From Pelagomonas calceolata (Eukaryota): a DNA stretch of 64,000 nucleotides. Shown piece by piece: positions 9,566-20,442 of this stretch. Where the stretch lies: the NCBI GenBank assembly GCA_918797485.1, contig CAKKNE010000006.1, forward strand, positions 2,418,001 to 2,482,000, read 5' to 3'. How positions within the stretch are numbered: the stretch's first letter is position 1; each line of letters begins with the position of its first letter. The notes under the pieces were generated by a model. The model was not told the DNA's origin. It did not search any database and saw only the letters and a program-made list of their open reading frames with translations. The position numbers and the translations under genes are program-made.

Positions 9566-11530
9566 ATGGTGCGCTCGTCGCTCGGCCGCGCGGTCCTCGC
9601 CGACAGCGGGCTCGTCGGCTCCGAGGAGTACCCCTACTATGGCATTTCCGTGCCGGATTTTCTCAATCTGACCGAATGGCTGCCGCATGAGGCGCTGAAG
9701 GCGAGCGGCAAGGTGCGCCAGATGGGCGAGGCGGATGAAGTCATCTTCGTCTCGCACCAATGGACCAGCTTCTCGCATCCCGATCCCGCGGGCAACCAGC
9801 TGCGGGCGCTGCAAACGCAGATCCGGACGCTCATGAAAGGCAAGACGGCGGTCCGGAGCGACTACGGGCTCGACGCCGGCTATCAATATTCGATGCTTAC
9901 GACGGGCAAGGAGTGGGCCAAGCAGCTCCCGAACATGTACCTCTGGGTCGACTACTGCTCGATCCCGCAGCCGGGCGCCGCCGCCGGAGGCGTCCACGCG
10001 GCGCAGCACTCCGATCATAGAGAGGGAGAGGGAGACCTCGTCGCGCAGCTCAAGCAAGCCGTAAACAGCATCCCCTCGTACCTCGCGCGGTCGACGATGA
10101 TGTGGATTCTGGTGCCGCCGGTCAAGCACGAGTCGCTGGAGGGCGCGATCTGTGACTTTAACTCGTGGCGCAAGCGCGGCTGGTGTAGGCTTGAGTTCGC
10201 CGCCTCGAAGCTCTGCGCTGGGGATGATATGCCTTGTATGGTCATCACATCGGCCACGGCGACTCCTGAGTACTGCGCGCCTTGCGACATATTTAAGTTA
10301 TGTGCGGGCCGTGGCGACTTCACCGTCGACAGCGATCGGGACGCGGTTAACGATACGCTGACCAAGATGCTGCGCGCCAAGGTCGAACAATACGCCAAGG
10401 AAGATATTACTCTCTCGCGGATGATGCAGGTCTTTTCGCCCTTGTTCGTGCCGCGACACGCCTACTACGGTGCCGAGGGCCCCGGAGGGTTGGATCAGCT
10501 CAAATCTTTTCTGAGGTGGCGCAGCGATGCCGAGGAGGCGGCGTGGGAGGCCGAGACCGGCTGGAATCTCCTGACGCTCGCCTGCACGATGGATGACGGG
10601 CCGGCGATCGACGAGCTGCTCTCACAGGATGCGGCGACGGTCGAGCGCCTGTTTGCCGCGAAGGGAAATGATATGTGTGGTGCGGGGAAAAAGAATGCTC
10701 CGCTAAGAAGGCGCGAGCCGCTGGGACAAAAGCTGATGGACTATGCGAATGAGATGACACCGCTTGTTGCTGCGGCGACGTTCTGTAGCCGCCCTACGTT
10801 CGAGAAGCTTCTGGACGCCGGTGGGTTGGCCGCCGTTGAGCGTGACGGGCTAGGGTTGCTCGGCGTGCGGCCGTGCCTGTACAAGGGCGCCATAATCTCG
10901 GGGAATCACGAGAACGTGAGCTTGATCCTAGCGCGCTACCCGCAGTACGCGAACGCCGTCAATCCCGATAGTGGCTGCTGCCCATTACACATGGCCTGCG
11001 GTACGGCCGCGTGTCGCGGCCAGAAGCAAGTGATGGAGGCGCTGCTCGCCTCTCCGGCGAAGGAGTCGCTCAACAGCGTCGTCGCACCCTTCTATGGATC
11101 GGTGCTGGGCACGGCGTGCAAATTCAACGATCAAGATCCCGACACGGTCCGAATGCTACTGAAGGCCGGCGCCGACCCGTCGAAGCCCGAGCCTCTGATG
11201 CCGTTGGCTGTGAAGCTACGCCGCGTAACGGCGGTTTTGAAGTTCTTCGGCAACGTCCAGGCGCGCGGCTTCCACACGATGCTCGCCTCGTTACCTGCAC
11301 GCTTCAAGCAGTCTCCGACGCATATCGCCGCGAAGAAGGGCGATATGGCCCTCGTAAAGGTGCTCGCTGAGCACGAGAAGTTTCCGGTGGCCCAGTATGA
11401 AGATACCAAGGGTCGCACGCCCGTGGCGCTCGCCGTCGACGACACGGTGAAGACCGCAATCTCGGAAATCGTGGGACCAGCAGCGGCGGCGACGCCTGTC
11501 CCGGCCAACAAGGTTGCGCCGGAGCCCTGA
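9566..11530 (+). CDS. HET-like domain plus ankyrin repeat protein, tandem copy B (intronless)
   Basis: FVSHQW..HPDP, LWVDYCSIPQ, RGWCRLE; ankyrin-like TPLVAAA, PLHMAC, LLKAGADPS, GRTPVALA. Confidence 0.8.
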   Translation: MVRSSLGRAVLADSGLVGSEEYPYYGISVPDFLNLTEWLPHEALKASGKVRQMGEADEVIFVSHQWTSFSHPDPAGNQLRALQTQIRTLMKGKTAVRSDYGLDAGYQYSMLTTGKEWAKQLPNMYLWVDYCSIPQPGAAAGGVHAAQHSDHREGEGDLVAQLKQAVNSIPSYLARSTMMWILVPPVKHESLEGAICDFNSWRKRGWCRLEFAASKLCAGDDMPCMVITSATATPEYCAPCDIFKLCAGRGDFTVDSDRDAVNDTLTKMLRAKVEQYAKEDITLSRMMQVFSPLFVPRHAYYGAEGPGGLDQLKSFLRWRSDAEEAAWEAETGWNLLTLACTMDDGPAIDELLSQDAATVERLFAAKGNDMCGAGKKNAPLRRREPLGQKLMDYANEMTPLVAAATFCSRPTFEKLLDAGGLAAVERDGLGLLGVRPCLYKGAIISGNHENVSLILARYPQYANAVNPDSGCCPLHMACGTAACRGQKQVMEALLASPAKESLNSVVAPFYGSVLGTACKFNDQDPDTVRMLLKAGADPSKPEPLMPLAVKLRRVTAVLKFFGNVQARGFHTMLASLPARFKQSPTHIAAKKGDMALVKVLAEHEKFPVAQYEDTKGRTPVALAVDDTVKTAISEIVGPAAAATPVPANKVAPEP

Positions 11531-11594
11531 ACTCTCCCTTTCCAGTTTTCGCGTCAATTCCATTGCCAGTGCTACACACTAATAATCAACTTAG

Positions 11595-12581
11595 TCACAG
11601 AATCACCGCCCCCAGCGCCGACGCGACGAGCCCCGCCGCGAGGTCGACCGTCGCCTTGGCGCCGACGGGGTCGGCGAGCGCCGAGTTCACCTCCACGACG
11701 TCCAGCGACCCCAGACGCCCCGTCGCCGCGAGCGCCTCGCAGAGGAAGTGGGCTTCTCGGTACGTGAGACCGCCGCGGACCGCCGTGCCCGTCGCCGGCG
11801 CGATGAGCGGGTCGCACGAGTCCACATCAAAGGAGCAGTGCAACGGACCATCATCACCGAGGTGGTCGAGGGCCGTATCTACCACATGACCGATGCCTCT
11901 CCTATCAACATCATGCATCGTGCTCACGAAGGCGCCGCGCTCCCTCAACCTTAGCAGTATTTTGCGTTCCTCGGCGTCGACGTCGCGCAAACCCACAAAG
12001 GCCAGGTTTTGCGGAGCGAGTCTCACATCATCCAGCCACGCAAAAGCTGATGACGCCGTGCCGAGTTCTGACGATTGCACGAGCTTGAGCAGGAACGCCA
12101 AGGGCATGCCGTGCGCGTTGCCTGACGGACTTGTTGAAGGCGAGTTGCAGTCGGCGTGCGCGTCGACCCAGAGCACCTTTGTCGACGGGCGCGCCTTCAG
12201 CGCGGCGCTCACCGTGCCCAGGGCCACGGAGTGGTCGCCGCCTAATGTCAAAACGAAGTTGCCGCGCGCGTGGGCCTTGACGCAGGCCTCCATGAGCTTC
12301 CGGGACCCGTGGCCGATTTGGGCAGCATGCCGCAGCGGGCCCGCCACGTCTTGGGTCGTTTGCATGTCCACATCGCCTTCGTCGTTCACGCGCCAGTCTA
12401 GGTTCGCGACAGTCTCGGCGAGGCCCGCCTGCCTCAGCAGCTTCGGTGCGTTCTCGACGCCGCCGCGCGGCTGGCCGAACTGCTGCGGCGCGCCTATGAT
12501 CGAAACGGTGCGCGGCGCGGCGAGGGGCCAGGATGCGAATGCGCGGGTGGCCTGGCGCAGCAGTGCGGTGCCGCGGATCAT
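11595..12581 (-). CDS. ARG: Arginase, probably mitochondrial
   Basis: GGDHSVA, WVDAHADCN, SGNAHGMP, SFDVDSCDP, GGLTYRE; Arg/Ala-rich leader from ATG 12581. Confidence 0.92.
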   Translation of the reverse strand: MIRGTALLRQATRAFASWPLAAPRTVSIIGAPQQFGQPRGGVENAPKLLRQAGLAETVANLDWRVNDEGDVDMQTTQDVAGPLRHAAQIGHGSRKLMEACVKAHARGNFVLTLGGDHSVALGTVSAALKARPSTKVLWVDAHADCNSPSTSPSGNAHGMPLAFLLKLVQSSELGTASSAFAWLDDVRLAPQNLAFVGLRDVDAEERKILLRLRERGAFVSTMHDVDRRGIGHVVDTALDHLGDDGPLHCSFDVDSCDPLIAPATGTAVRGGLTYREAHFLCEALAATGRLGSLDVVEVNSALADPVGAKATVDLAAGLVASALGAVIL

Positions 12582-13092
12582 GGTTGCGATGGCGTGCGTG
12601 CAGCGATGTGCTCCGGAGAGCGTCTGCAGCCTTGTTGGGAGAGCTGCCTCTGGAGAGCTATTGGTGCCGAACGGCTGCGCCTGGAGGAGGAGCGCTGCGA
12701 CCTCGAAGCCTACCAGTGATCGATATGCAAGAAACGCAGGCACAGCCAGGGTACGACTCGAGCAAAAGTCCGGAGTGAGCGCGAAACCCGCGAGAAAATC
12801 ACGGCCGCGCTGCGCCGTGTACAGACTCCTTTCAACGAGTAGGGAGCAGCTGCGAGGCGTTCTTGCACGTCTCTCCAACTGGCTCCTGGGCTCGCAAGCC
12901 AAGCTGCAGCGTAACAAATCGACTGCATAGCGCGTTGTGAAAACGTCTACTTGCAAGCAGTAAGCACGATATCGATCGCATTGCTCGTTGCAATCGCTTA
13001 CTAGCTGCAACAACCTGCAACAGGGCAGACGCCGCAGCAGCACAGCATCGCTTGCAGCAGCACGTCGTCGCCGCGGCCCCATCGATAACGCC

Positions 13093-14505
13093 ATGGGCTA
13101 CTTCAGTAATGATGCGGCACCGGAAGAACCGCAGTACAAGCTCCTCGCTTCGTTATTCCCGGAGAGCTGGCCCGCGCCGCTGTCGAACCTGTTTTGCGGC
13201 CTACTTTTACTACTAACAATACTAGAAGGAATGCGACGCTTAAAGACGGCGACCACACCGACGACGGAGCGAGTTACAAGACAAACGAAGGGCAAAGTCA
13301 GTGAATTCAACGCGTTCCAGCGCGAGTACCTCGCCGTGTACCTCGTCATCATGCTCGCGGACTGGCTGCAAGGTACCAATATGTACACTCTTTACTCCGG
13401 ATACGGCGTGTCCGTCTCGACCTTGTTCCTCACCGGCTTTTCCTCATCACTGGTGTTCGGCACATTTGTGGGTCTACTCGTAGACGCCTACGGAAGGAAA
13501 CGAGCTTGCGTGCTCTTCTGCCTGCTGGAGATCGCGATCAACGCCATGGAGCACGTCCCCAGCATGCCTATACTGTTGCTGGGACGGGTGCTTGGTGGTA
13601 TTTCGACGTCGCTCCTGTTCAGCGCCTTCGAGTCGTGGATGGTCGCAGAACACAGAAGGCGGGGCTTCCCCGAGGCGTGGCTGGCCAAGACGTTCGGGTT
13701 ATCATCAGCTGGTAATGGTGCCGTTGCCGTCGTCGCGGGGTTGTTGGCTCAGGTCGCTGCTGATGTGAAGGGCGACATCGGGCCCTTCCAGCTGGCCATC
13801 GCACTGACGGTGTTGGCTTTGGTACTGATACTAAGGTGGCCGGAGAACTACGGGAAGACGTCAGACGGTGTATTAAACTCCGTGTCGTCCTCGTTATCTA
13901 CGGCCACGAAGGCCGTCAAGACGGATCGGAGGGTAGCTTTATTAGCGGCCGTGTCAGCTCTCTTCGAGGGCGCGACGTACACCTTCGTCTTCATGTGGGT
14001 ACCTAGATTAATCGCCATCTACCCCTTCGAGGGCGGGTTACCCACCGGTCTGATCTTTGCATCATTTATGGTCTGCATCACCATCGGTGGTGTTATATAC
14101 AGCGCCTTGGGCATGGATTCGTCGGTGGAGTCCTACTCGTTCCTTTGTTTATTAGCAGCATTCGGGGCCATGGCCCTCTGCGCGCTCGGGGCTCCTCCCT
14201 CAGTTATGCCTCAAATACTACCGGCGCTGGGCGATTTCGGGCCGACGCTCGCCGCGTTCCTGGTCTTGGAGGGCTGCGTCGGCTGCTTCAACGCCTGCGC
14301 GGGGACGATGCGTTCGCGTTATATTCCGGAGGACGTCCAGGCCGCCGTCATGAACCTGGGACGGGTGCCCCTCAATCTGCTGGTCGTCGGTGGGACGTAC
14401 CTGTCGGACGCGGCGCCGGCGCAGGTGGCGTTCGCGGCGGTAGCCTTGGCTTTCTTGGGCGGCGCGGCGCTGCAGGCGGCGCTGGTGCCCGTGAAGCGCG
14501 ACTAG
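13093..14505 (+). CDS. MFSD5: MFS molybdate-anion transporter (MFSD5/MOT2 family)
   Basis: YLAVYLVIMLADWLQG, GRVLGGISTSLLFSAFESWMVAEH, RVPLN; many TM helices. Confidence 0.85.
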   Translation: MGYFSNDAAPEEPQYKLLASLFPESWPAPLSNLFCGLLLLLTILEGMRRLKTATTPTTERVTRQTKGKVSEFNAFQREYLAVYLVIMLADWLQGTNMYTLYSGYGVSVSTLFLTGFSSSLVFGTFVGLLVDAYGRKRACVLFCLLEIAINAMEHVPSMPILLLGRVLGGISTSLLFSAFESWMVAEHRRRGFPEAWLAKTFGLSSAGNGAVAVVAGLLAQVAADVKGDIGPFQLAIALTVLALVLILRWPENYGKTSDGVLNSVSSSLSTATKAVKTDRRVALLAAVSALFEGATYTFVFMWVPRLIAIYPFEGGLPTGLIFASFMVCITIGGVIYSALGMDSSVESYSFLCLLAAFGAMALCALGAPPSVMPQILPALGDFGPTLAAFLVLEGCVGCFNACAGTMRSRYIPEDVQAAVMNLGRVPLNLLVVGGTYLSDAAPAQVAFAAVALAFLGGAALQAALVPVKRD

Positions 14506-14905
14506 TTTCTTATCTCTTAAGTTCGGTTCTCGTCTTCTTTCAAGAGGCATCCATCCGGCCCAGCGCGATGTGACAAGAATCCTGAAATCTAGTGGGTATA
14601 GCTAGCTCAAACGTAGATCCGTTCAACGGTGCAACGTCAACTCGGCGGCGTGCCGTCCACCTCCACGCCATCGACGCGACCTCTCCCCTCGACCCTCCCC
14701 GCGCGCGTCGCCTACTCACGCGAGCGGCACACGAGTCAAACACGCCGCACCACCGCGTCGGCACGACCCCCGAGGACCCCCGAGACGCCCGCAAGACCGT
14801 GATCCGTGCGCCGGCGGAGAAGCTTCTGCGACCCGCACTCACCTGAGCACAGATTTGCCAAGCAAGCTTAAAGGCTCCCAACCAGCACACTCACCGATAG
14901 ACACG

Positions 14906-15715
14906 ATGGCGCGGCCGCTCCTTGGAGCCCTGCTGCTCGCGCGCCTTGCGACGGCGCAGGACATCGACATCAAGCGAATAGAGAACCCCGGTGTGGTCCT
15001 CTACAAGACCAGCGGCCCCCTGCCCGAGGCGCGGCTCGGCGACGACTTCCCGGGCAGCTTCCCCGCGCGGTTCCTGCGCCAGGCCTGGGGTTTGGAGGGG
15101 CCGCATTCACCGGAAGGCGCCGCCCTGGTCAACGCGACGGGCGTTTGTACTTCCAGTGAAATCACGGACGAGTTCTTCGGCCAGGCGATGTTGGAGAGGG
15201 CCAAGGCCATGTTCGACGACCGAGGGTTGAGACACGAGCTCGACGCATTTCTACAGTCGGGAGTGAGCAACACCCATTCACCGACACCGCGTCGGATGTA
15301 CTGGGTCGGGATCGACATCCTGCCGAACCAGAGCCTGGCGCTCCACTCGCACCCGAACGTCGAGTTCGTCTACGTGGCGGCGGGCGTCATGCACGAGTGG
15401 CGCTGCCCGAAGTGTCCTGTGAAACGTAAATATATACCTGAAGAAATCAAAACAAATGGGAAGACCATCGAAAAGTACTGGGGCCCGGACCTGCACAAGG
15501 TCAATGCGAAAGCCAGAGGCATGTTCCGCCACGACGCGTATAATGCCGGAGACATGTTCATCAACGCGATTGGCGACGTGCACCAGTCCTATACGGAGGA
15601 AGAGGGCGTCAAATTATTAGTGATGTGGGGCGATGGCAACGCCGACGTGCCCCTGGAGCAGCTGCCGCGTCATTCCGATTTTTTAAATGTGGGCGCCGCG
15701 AAGGCGTGGGACTAG
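14906..15715 (+). CDS. Secreted cupin-fold protein
   Basis: Signal peptide MARPLLGALLLARLATA; cupin motifs LHSHPNVEFVYV and GDMFIN..GDVHQS. Confidence 0.6.
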   Translation: MARPLLGALLLARLATAQDIDIKRIENPGVVLYKTSGPLPEARLGDDFPGSFPARFLRQAWGLEGPHSPEGAALVNATGVCTSSEITDEFFGQAMLERAKAMFDDRGLRHELDAFLQSGVSNTHSPTPRRMYWVGIDILPNQSLALHSHPNVEFVYVAAGVMHEWRCPKCPVKRKYIPEEIKTNGKTIEKYWGPDLHKVNAKARGMFRHDAYNAGDMFINAIGDVHQSYTEEEGVKLLVMWGDGNADVPLEQLPRHSDFLNVGAAKAWD

Positions 15716-16212
15716 ACTCATTCAAATCGTTTTATTCGATCTTGCGAGGCGCGCATCCGCCGCTTCGAAACGCGCTATTTGCGCAAGTAACATTCATACT
15801 TTATTCAGAGGAGTAGGAGACACGCGGCAGCGGTGCGCGAGTCACCGGTCGGCGTTTGGGCGCGTTTTTTTCGCCCATGCTTGCTCGAACGGTGTGCCTT
15901 TGGGGAGGGATCGCGTCGAAAGCGTGGGGTTGGGACGCGTCCGTGGTCCAGTCAGCTTTGGGCCGAGAACACTCGAAGCGCAGTGCACGGTAAAAGTGCC
16001 GACGTGCGAGCCACGTACAACTTTGCGACACACGCAGACGCCACATAGCGTCCAAAGACTTTTCCCCGCAGCGTTTACGAGCGATTCCGACAGCTCTTCT
16101 GCCCTCGCGACGCGAGAGCACACGCGAAACTACAACAAAGTGCTCGGCACAAAAAATCACTTCGCACGCACGCGAAACGACAACAGCGCTCAACGCAAGA
16201 AATCACAGCACC

Positions 16213-17877
16213 ATGAGTTTCATGGACTCACCCACAGCCTTCATCCGCAAAGAAATAGTCGACGCGCTCGACGAAGCGCAAGACAGCGGGGACACCGTCG
16301 AGGTCCACCCGCGTGCGGCGTCGCCGCGGCGGCCCCTGCTCACCTCGAAGAGCTTCGAGGACCCGAGGAAGCTGCCGGCGCCGCCGGCGCAGCCCGAGGA
16401 CGACGCCAGCACGGTCGCCTCGCTCCGGCCGCCGCCGATCGGGCCGGGCCTCAGCAACATCAGCTCGCTCACGTCGGCCGAGATCGACGACCCCGAGCTG
16501 CTCATCCTGGCGTCGAAGACGGCGCCGCCGCCATTCCTCGAGAAACAGGCCGCGCGGCGCGCGTCGGCGCCGGCCGAGTCGTTGACGGACCTCGCCGCGG
16601 CCGCCAAGCAGATCGCGGCCGCGAAACAACAGCGCCCGGTCGCCAAGCGCCGCTTCGTGCCGCTCCTCACGTTCGCCCTCGGAGCGCTCCTCGCGACGGC
16701 GGCCTTCTTCTGGTCTCCAGCTGTCGACTTGGTCCTGCCGCGCGTCGCGCTTAGTGACGCGAATGTCCAAGCTCCTAAACCGACATGCGTCGACGAGGCC
16801 TGCGCGGTGTGGGCGCACCCGCTCCGCATCGGCGCCTTCTCACCGCTCGTGATCCGGCCGGCACCAGGAGCTGATACCTCACCCGGAGCCTTAGTGGCGT
16901 TCCTCGACGGCCACAAGCGCTGGGCCCGCGACCGATTGGAAAGTGAAGGTGCTCTCCTCTTCCGGGGCTTCCAGGTCACGAACGCGTCGGACTTTGAGAG
17001 TGTGGCCGTGTCCTTGGAACCGGGCCAGCTCGCGACGACCTACGAAGGGACGAGCCCGCGCACTTCATTATCACCTCATGTCAAGACGGCGGCCGACCTG
17101 CCACCTACTTCGGTGGTCCCGGCCCACGCCGAGATGTCCTTCGCGCCGCGGCCGCCGGCGCGGCTCTACTTCTACTCGCACGTCTCAAACACGGGTATTG
17201 GAGGCGAGACGCCCGTGTCCGATTTGCGAGCAGTAGCTCAAGCATTGACGCCCGCGGCGCGGCGCCGTTTATCTAGACCTTTACGCTTCGAGCGCGTCTA
17301 CTACGATGAGAGGAGCTGGTTCGGCTCGTGGGATCCCACGAAGACCAAGTCGTGGCAAAGCATGTTCCCCGGCCTTTCCCGCAAAGAGGCTGAGGTGGCT
17401 GCTCGGGAAAAGGGCTACGAGCCCTCGTGGCTGCGCGACGGTTCGCTGAAGCTGTCGCACGTCGTCGGGAGCCCGTTCCGGGCCCATCCTTCTGATAACG
17501 TGGAGGCCTGGCACTCGCACCTGACGAACCTGCACGTGACGACGGCCTGGGCCGCGGAGTTAGGGAAGGCGGCGCGGCACTTACGGTCGCCGTCGTACGT
17601 TCTCCGGTCATTGTTCTTCTCGGCTTTATATGGCTCGGGCCTCGCGGAGACGCTTCTCCACGTCATGGGGTCCGAGGTCGGAGCGAAAGTGGTCGAGGCC
17701 GAGACCGGCGCCGAAGTCGTCGACGTCGAGTACGTGCGCGCGCTCATGGACAAGTACACGTCGACGCATCAGCACGAGGACGGCGACGTCATTGTGTTGG
17801 ACAACTTCCGCGTCGGCCACGCGCGCAACCCGTGGGACGGCTCGCGGCGCGAGCTGTACGCGGCCTGGACGGCCTAA
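16213..17877 (+). CDS. Membrane-anchored TauD/TfdA (SyrP-like) Fe/2-oxoglutarate dioxygenase
   Basis: GALLFRGF, HAEMS (HxE), GGETPVSD, GDVIVLDNFRVGHARNPW; one TM segment before the domain. Confidence 0.8.
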   Translation: MSFMDSPTAFIRKEIVDALDEAQDSGDTVEVHPRAASPRRPLLTSKSFEDPRKLPAPPAQPEDDASTVASLRPPPIGPGLSNISSLTSAEIDDPELLILASKTAPPPFLEKQAARRASAPAESLTDLAAAAKQIAAAKQQRPVAKRRFVPLLTFALGALLATAAFFWSPAVDLVLPRVALSDANVQAPKPTCVDEACAVWAHPLRIGAFSPLVIRPAPGADTSPGALVAFLDGHKRWARDRLESEGALLFRGFQVTNASDFESVAVSLEPGQLATTYEGTSPRTSLSPHVKTAADLPPTSVVPAHAEMSFAPRPPARLYFYSHVSNTGIGGETPVSDLRAVAQALTPAARRRLSRPLRFERVYYDERSWFGSWDPTKTKSWQSMFPGLSRKEAEVAAREKGYEPSWLRDGSLKLSHVVGSPFRAHPSDNVEAWHSHLTNLHVTTAWAAELGKAARHLRSPSYVLRSLFFSALYGSGLAETLLHVMGSEVGAKVVEAETGAEVVDVEYVRALMDKYTSTHQHEDGDVIVLDNFRVGHARNPWDGSRRELYAAWTA

Positions 17878-18052
17878 TCATCGTGCGCGCGCCACCGTTT
17901 GATACTGTGTCGTTTGTGTCGGCGCGCCACGCTTGTGTAAATATACCCCTCAATCGACTGACTCGGAAATAGTCCTCGTGTTCTAGGCTCGCGTCGACGG
18001 CTTGATCGCCGCTGCACCGCCTAGTATTTTTAGCAGAATGGCCGTTGGGTTC

Positions 18053-19186
18053 TTACGCGCTCCCCGGCGACGGCGTCTCGCGGGCGCGGAGGGCGGCTCG
18101 AGCCTTTATCAGATCGCGCCCGAGCCCTCCTGTGATCGGGTGCGCGCCACCGAACACGCGCCGCGCGATCCGTCTCGCGTCCTCAAGCGTCGTCACGGCC
18201 TCGTTGAGATCGTCGAGCGTGGCGTCAGGGTCCTCGCAGAGCGACGACGCGTAAGTCCACCTCGTCTTGAGCGTGACTCTATGCCCTTCTCCGAGAACGC
18301 GTCGCGCCACGGGCATTGTTTTGAGCAACAGCGGCTTGGCTTCTGCGTAGCGCTTGAGACTACCAAGGGACGACGCGTAGTTGAGGGCTGCTCGGAGTGT
18401 CGCTGGATGCTGTTCGCCATGGAACTTCAAACGCCCAGAGTATACGTCTCGCTCCACGCTTAGGGCCTTCTCCATCTGTCCAAGCTCTCCATACGTGCTC
18501 GCAAGATTGCTCTGCGCGACGAGAATGCCCTCTTCACCTGCGCCTATGCGCCGCAACAGAGACAACTGGGCCTCTTTCACGGACAACGCTTCTTCGTGAT
18601 GATTCGCCTCGTCTAACCCGTTCCCAAGCTGGTTAATTGCAAAGCCCCGAGTGGCATCCGTCTCCGGCCGCCCCACGTACGTCTTCCAGCAGGCCCATCC
18701 GATCGCGCACCGCACGACGCCGTGGTACTCTTGCTTGCACAGACTACACGTGTGCCACCGCCTCCACCTCTCAACCAACACCTTGTCCCCCAAATTGTTC
18801 TCCTCGGCCTCCGCGACCAAAATCTTCGCCTGCTCCGCCAGACACGACACATGCGCAAAACCCGCCGTCCCGCGGCACGAGCACCCGCGCACGAGGCCCT
18901 CCTTCGTCTTCCAGTGGAGCGCCTGCGTGCAGATGAAGCACGTCTGGTCCTTCGTGTCGTCCGCGCACGCCTCGACCGCGACCGCGACGGCCTCCTTGTA
19001 TTTTTTGTCGGCATTGTACTGCTCTGCGTTGCCGCCGCGGTGTATTTTCTTACACATCTGCTTGTGGCCGCGGCGCCAGTGGTCATGCTGGCATGTCGAG
19101 TCACAATAGCGGGTCCAACATCTAACACAACGCGGCGCGGTGTGGGCCAGTGGGGCGGCGCAGGCGGCGCAATTTGTGAGGATCAT
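18053..19186 (-). CDS. MYND zinc finger + RING-variant + TPR protein, copy 1
   Basis: CAAC..CVRC..YCDSTCQHDHW..HKQMC; CFIC..GCSCRGTAGFAHVSCL..CSLC; kinesin-light-chain-type TPRs. Confidence 0.85.
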   Translation of the reverse strand: MILTNCAACAAPLAHTAPRCVRCWTRYCDSTCQHDHWRRGHKQMCKKIHRGGNAEQYNADKKYKEAVAVAVEACADDTKDQTCFICTQALHWKTKEGLVRGCSCRGTAGFAHVSCLAEQAKILVAEAEENNLGDKVLVERWRRWHTCSLCKQEYHGVVRCAIGWACWKTYVGRPETDATRGFAINQLGNGLDEANHHEEALSVKEAQLSLLRRIGAGEEGILVAQSNLASTYGELGQMEKALSVERDVYSGRLKFHGEQHPATLRAALNYASSLGSLKRYAEAKPLLLKTMPVARRVLGEGHRVTLKTRWTYASSLCEDPDATLDDLNEAVTTLEDARRIARRVFGGAHPITGGLGRDLIKARAALRARETPSPGSA

Positions 19187-19311
19187 TTTGCGTTGGCGGG
19201 CCGTCTATAGAGCGTTCGCGTCGCGCGGCGGCGTTTTTGTGAATGAAAAAATCGGGTTTTCCAAGCCGAGCCAAGCCGCCGCAACCCCATAACTCACCGC
19301 AAAAACGCAAG

Positions 19312-20442
19312 ATGATCCTCACAACATGCGCCGCCTGCGCCGCCCCACTGGCCCACACCGCGCCGCGATGTATTAGATGCCAGACCAGATACTGCAATCA
19401 GACTTGCCAGCATGACCACTGGCGCCGCGGCCACAAGCAGATGTGTAAGAAAATACACCGCGGCGGCAACGCGGAACAATATAATGCAGACAAAAAATAC
19501 AAGGAGGCCGTCGCGAAGGCGGTCGAGAAGTGCGCCGACGACACGAAGGGCCAGACGTGCTACATCTGCACGCAGGCCCTCCATTGGAAGACGAAGGAGG
19601 GCCTCGTGCGTGGGTGTGCGTGCCGTGGCACGGCGGGCTTCGCGCACGTGTCGTGTTTGGCGGAGCAGGCGAAGATTTTGTTCGCGGAGGCCGAGGAGAA
19701 TAATTTGGACCATAAGGCGAAGGATGATAGGTGGGCGCGGTGGTTCTCGTGTAGTCTGTGCAAGCAAGAGTACCACAGTGTCGTGGCGTGCGCGCTGGGG
19801 TGGGCATGCTGGAAGACGTACGTCGGGCGGCCGGAGGCGGATGCGGTTCGCATGGCGATGGGCGTACTTGGGAGCGGTTTACACGTAGCAAGATACTACG
19901 CGGACTCGTTGTCCGTGAAGGAAGCCGAGTTGTCTATGCTGCGGCGCCTTGGCGAACAAGAAGAGCATATCCTCGTCACTCAGACCAATCTTGCGGGCAC
20001 GTATCATGAGATCGGACGGTTTGAAGAGGCCAACCGCTTGCTGCGAGACGTATACTCCGGATGGCTAAAGTTACAAGGCGAAGAAGATGAACGAACCATC
20101 CAAACAGCCAACAACTACGCGAATGCCCTTGTTCGTCTAGAGCGTTTCGAAGAAGCCAAGCCACTGATACGCAAACAGATTCGCGTGGCAAGACGCGTTC
20201 TCGGAGAAGGGCATAGAGTCACGCTCAAACTGCGGTGGCTTTACGGGCGGGCGCTCTACGGAGATGTCGGCGCCACGCTCGACGATCTCCGCGAGGCCGT
20301 GACGACGCTCCAGGACACGGAACGGATCGCGCGGCGCGTGTTCGGCGGCGCGCATTCGACCACAGGAGGGCTCGGGCGCGATCTGTCCAAAGCTCGATTT
20401 AACCTCAGTGTCCGCGAGACGCCGTCGCCGGGGAATGCGTAA
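19312..20442 (+). CDS. MYND zinc finger + RING-variant + TPR protein, copy 2 (head-to-head with copy 1)
   Basis: Colinear with copy 1 from MILT; ATG at 19312. Confidence 0.85.
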   Translation: MILTTCAACAAPLAHTAPRCIRCQTRYCNQTCQHDHWRRGHKQMCKKIHRGGNAEQYNADKKYKEAVAKAVEKCADDTKGQTCYICTQALHWKTKEGLVRGCACRGTAGFAHVSCLAEQAKILFAEAEENNLDHKAKDDRWARWFSCSLCKQEYHSVVACALGWACWKTYVGRPEADAVRMAMGVLGSGLHVARYYADSLSVKEAELSMLRRLGEQEEHILVTQTNLAGTYHEIGRFEEANRLLRDVYSGWLKLQGEEDERTIQTANNYANALVRLERFEEAKPLIRKQIRVARRVLGEGHRVTLKLRWLYGRALYGDVGATLDDLREAVTTLQDTERIARRVFGGAHSTTGGLGRDLSKARFNLSVRETPSPGNA

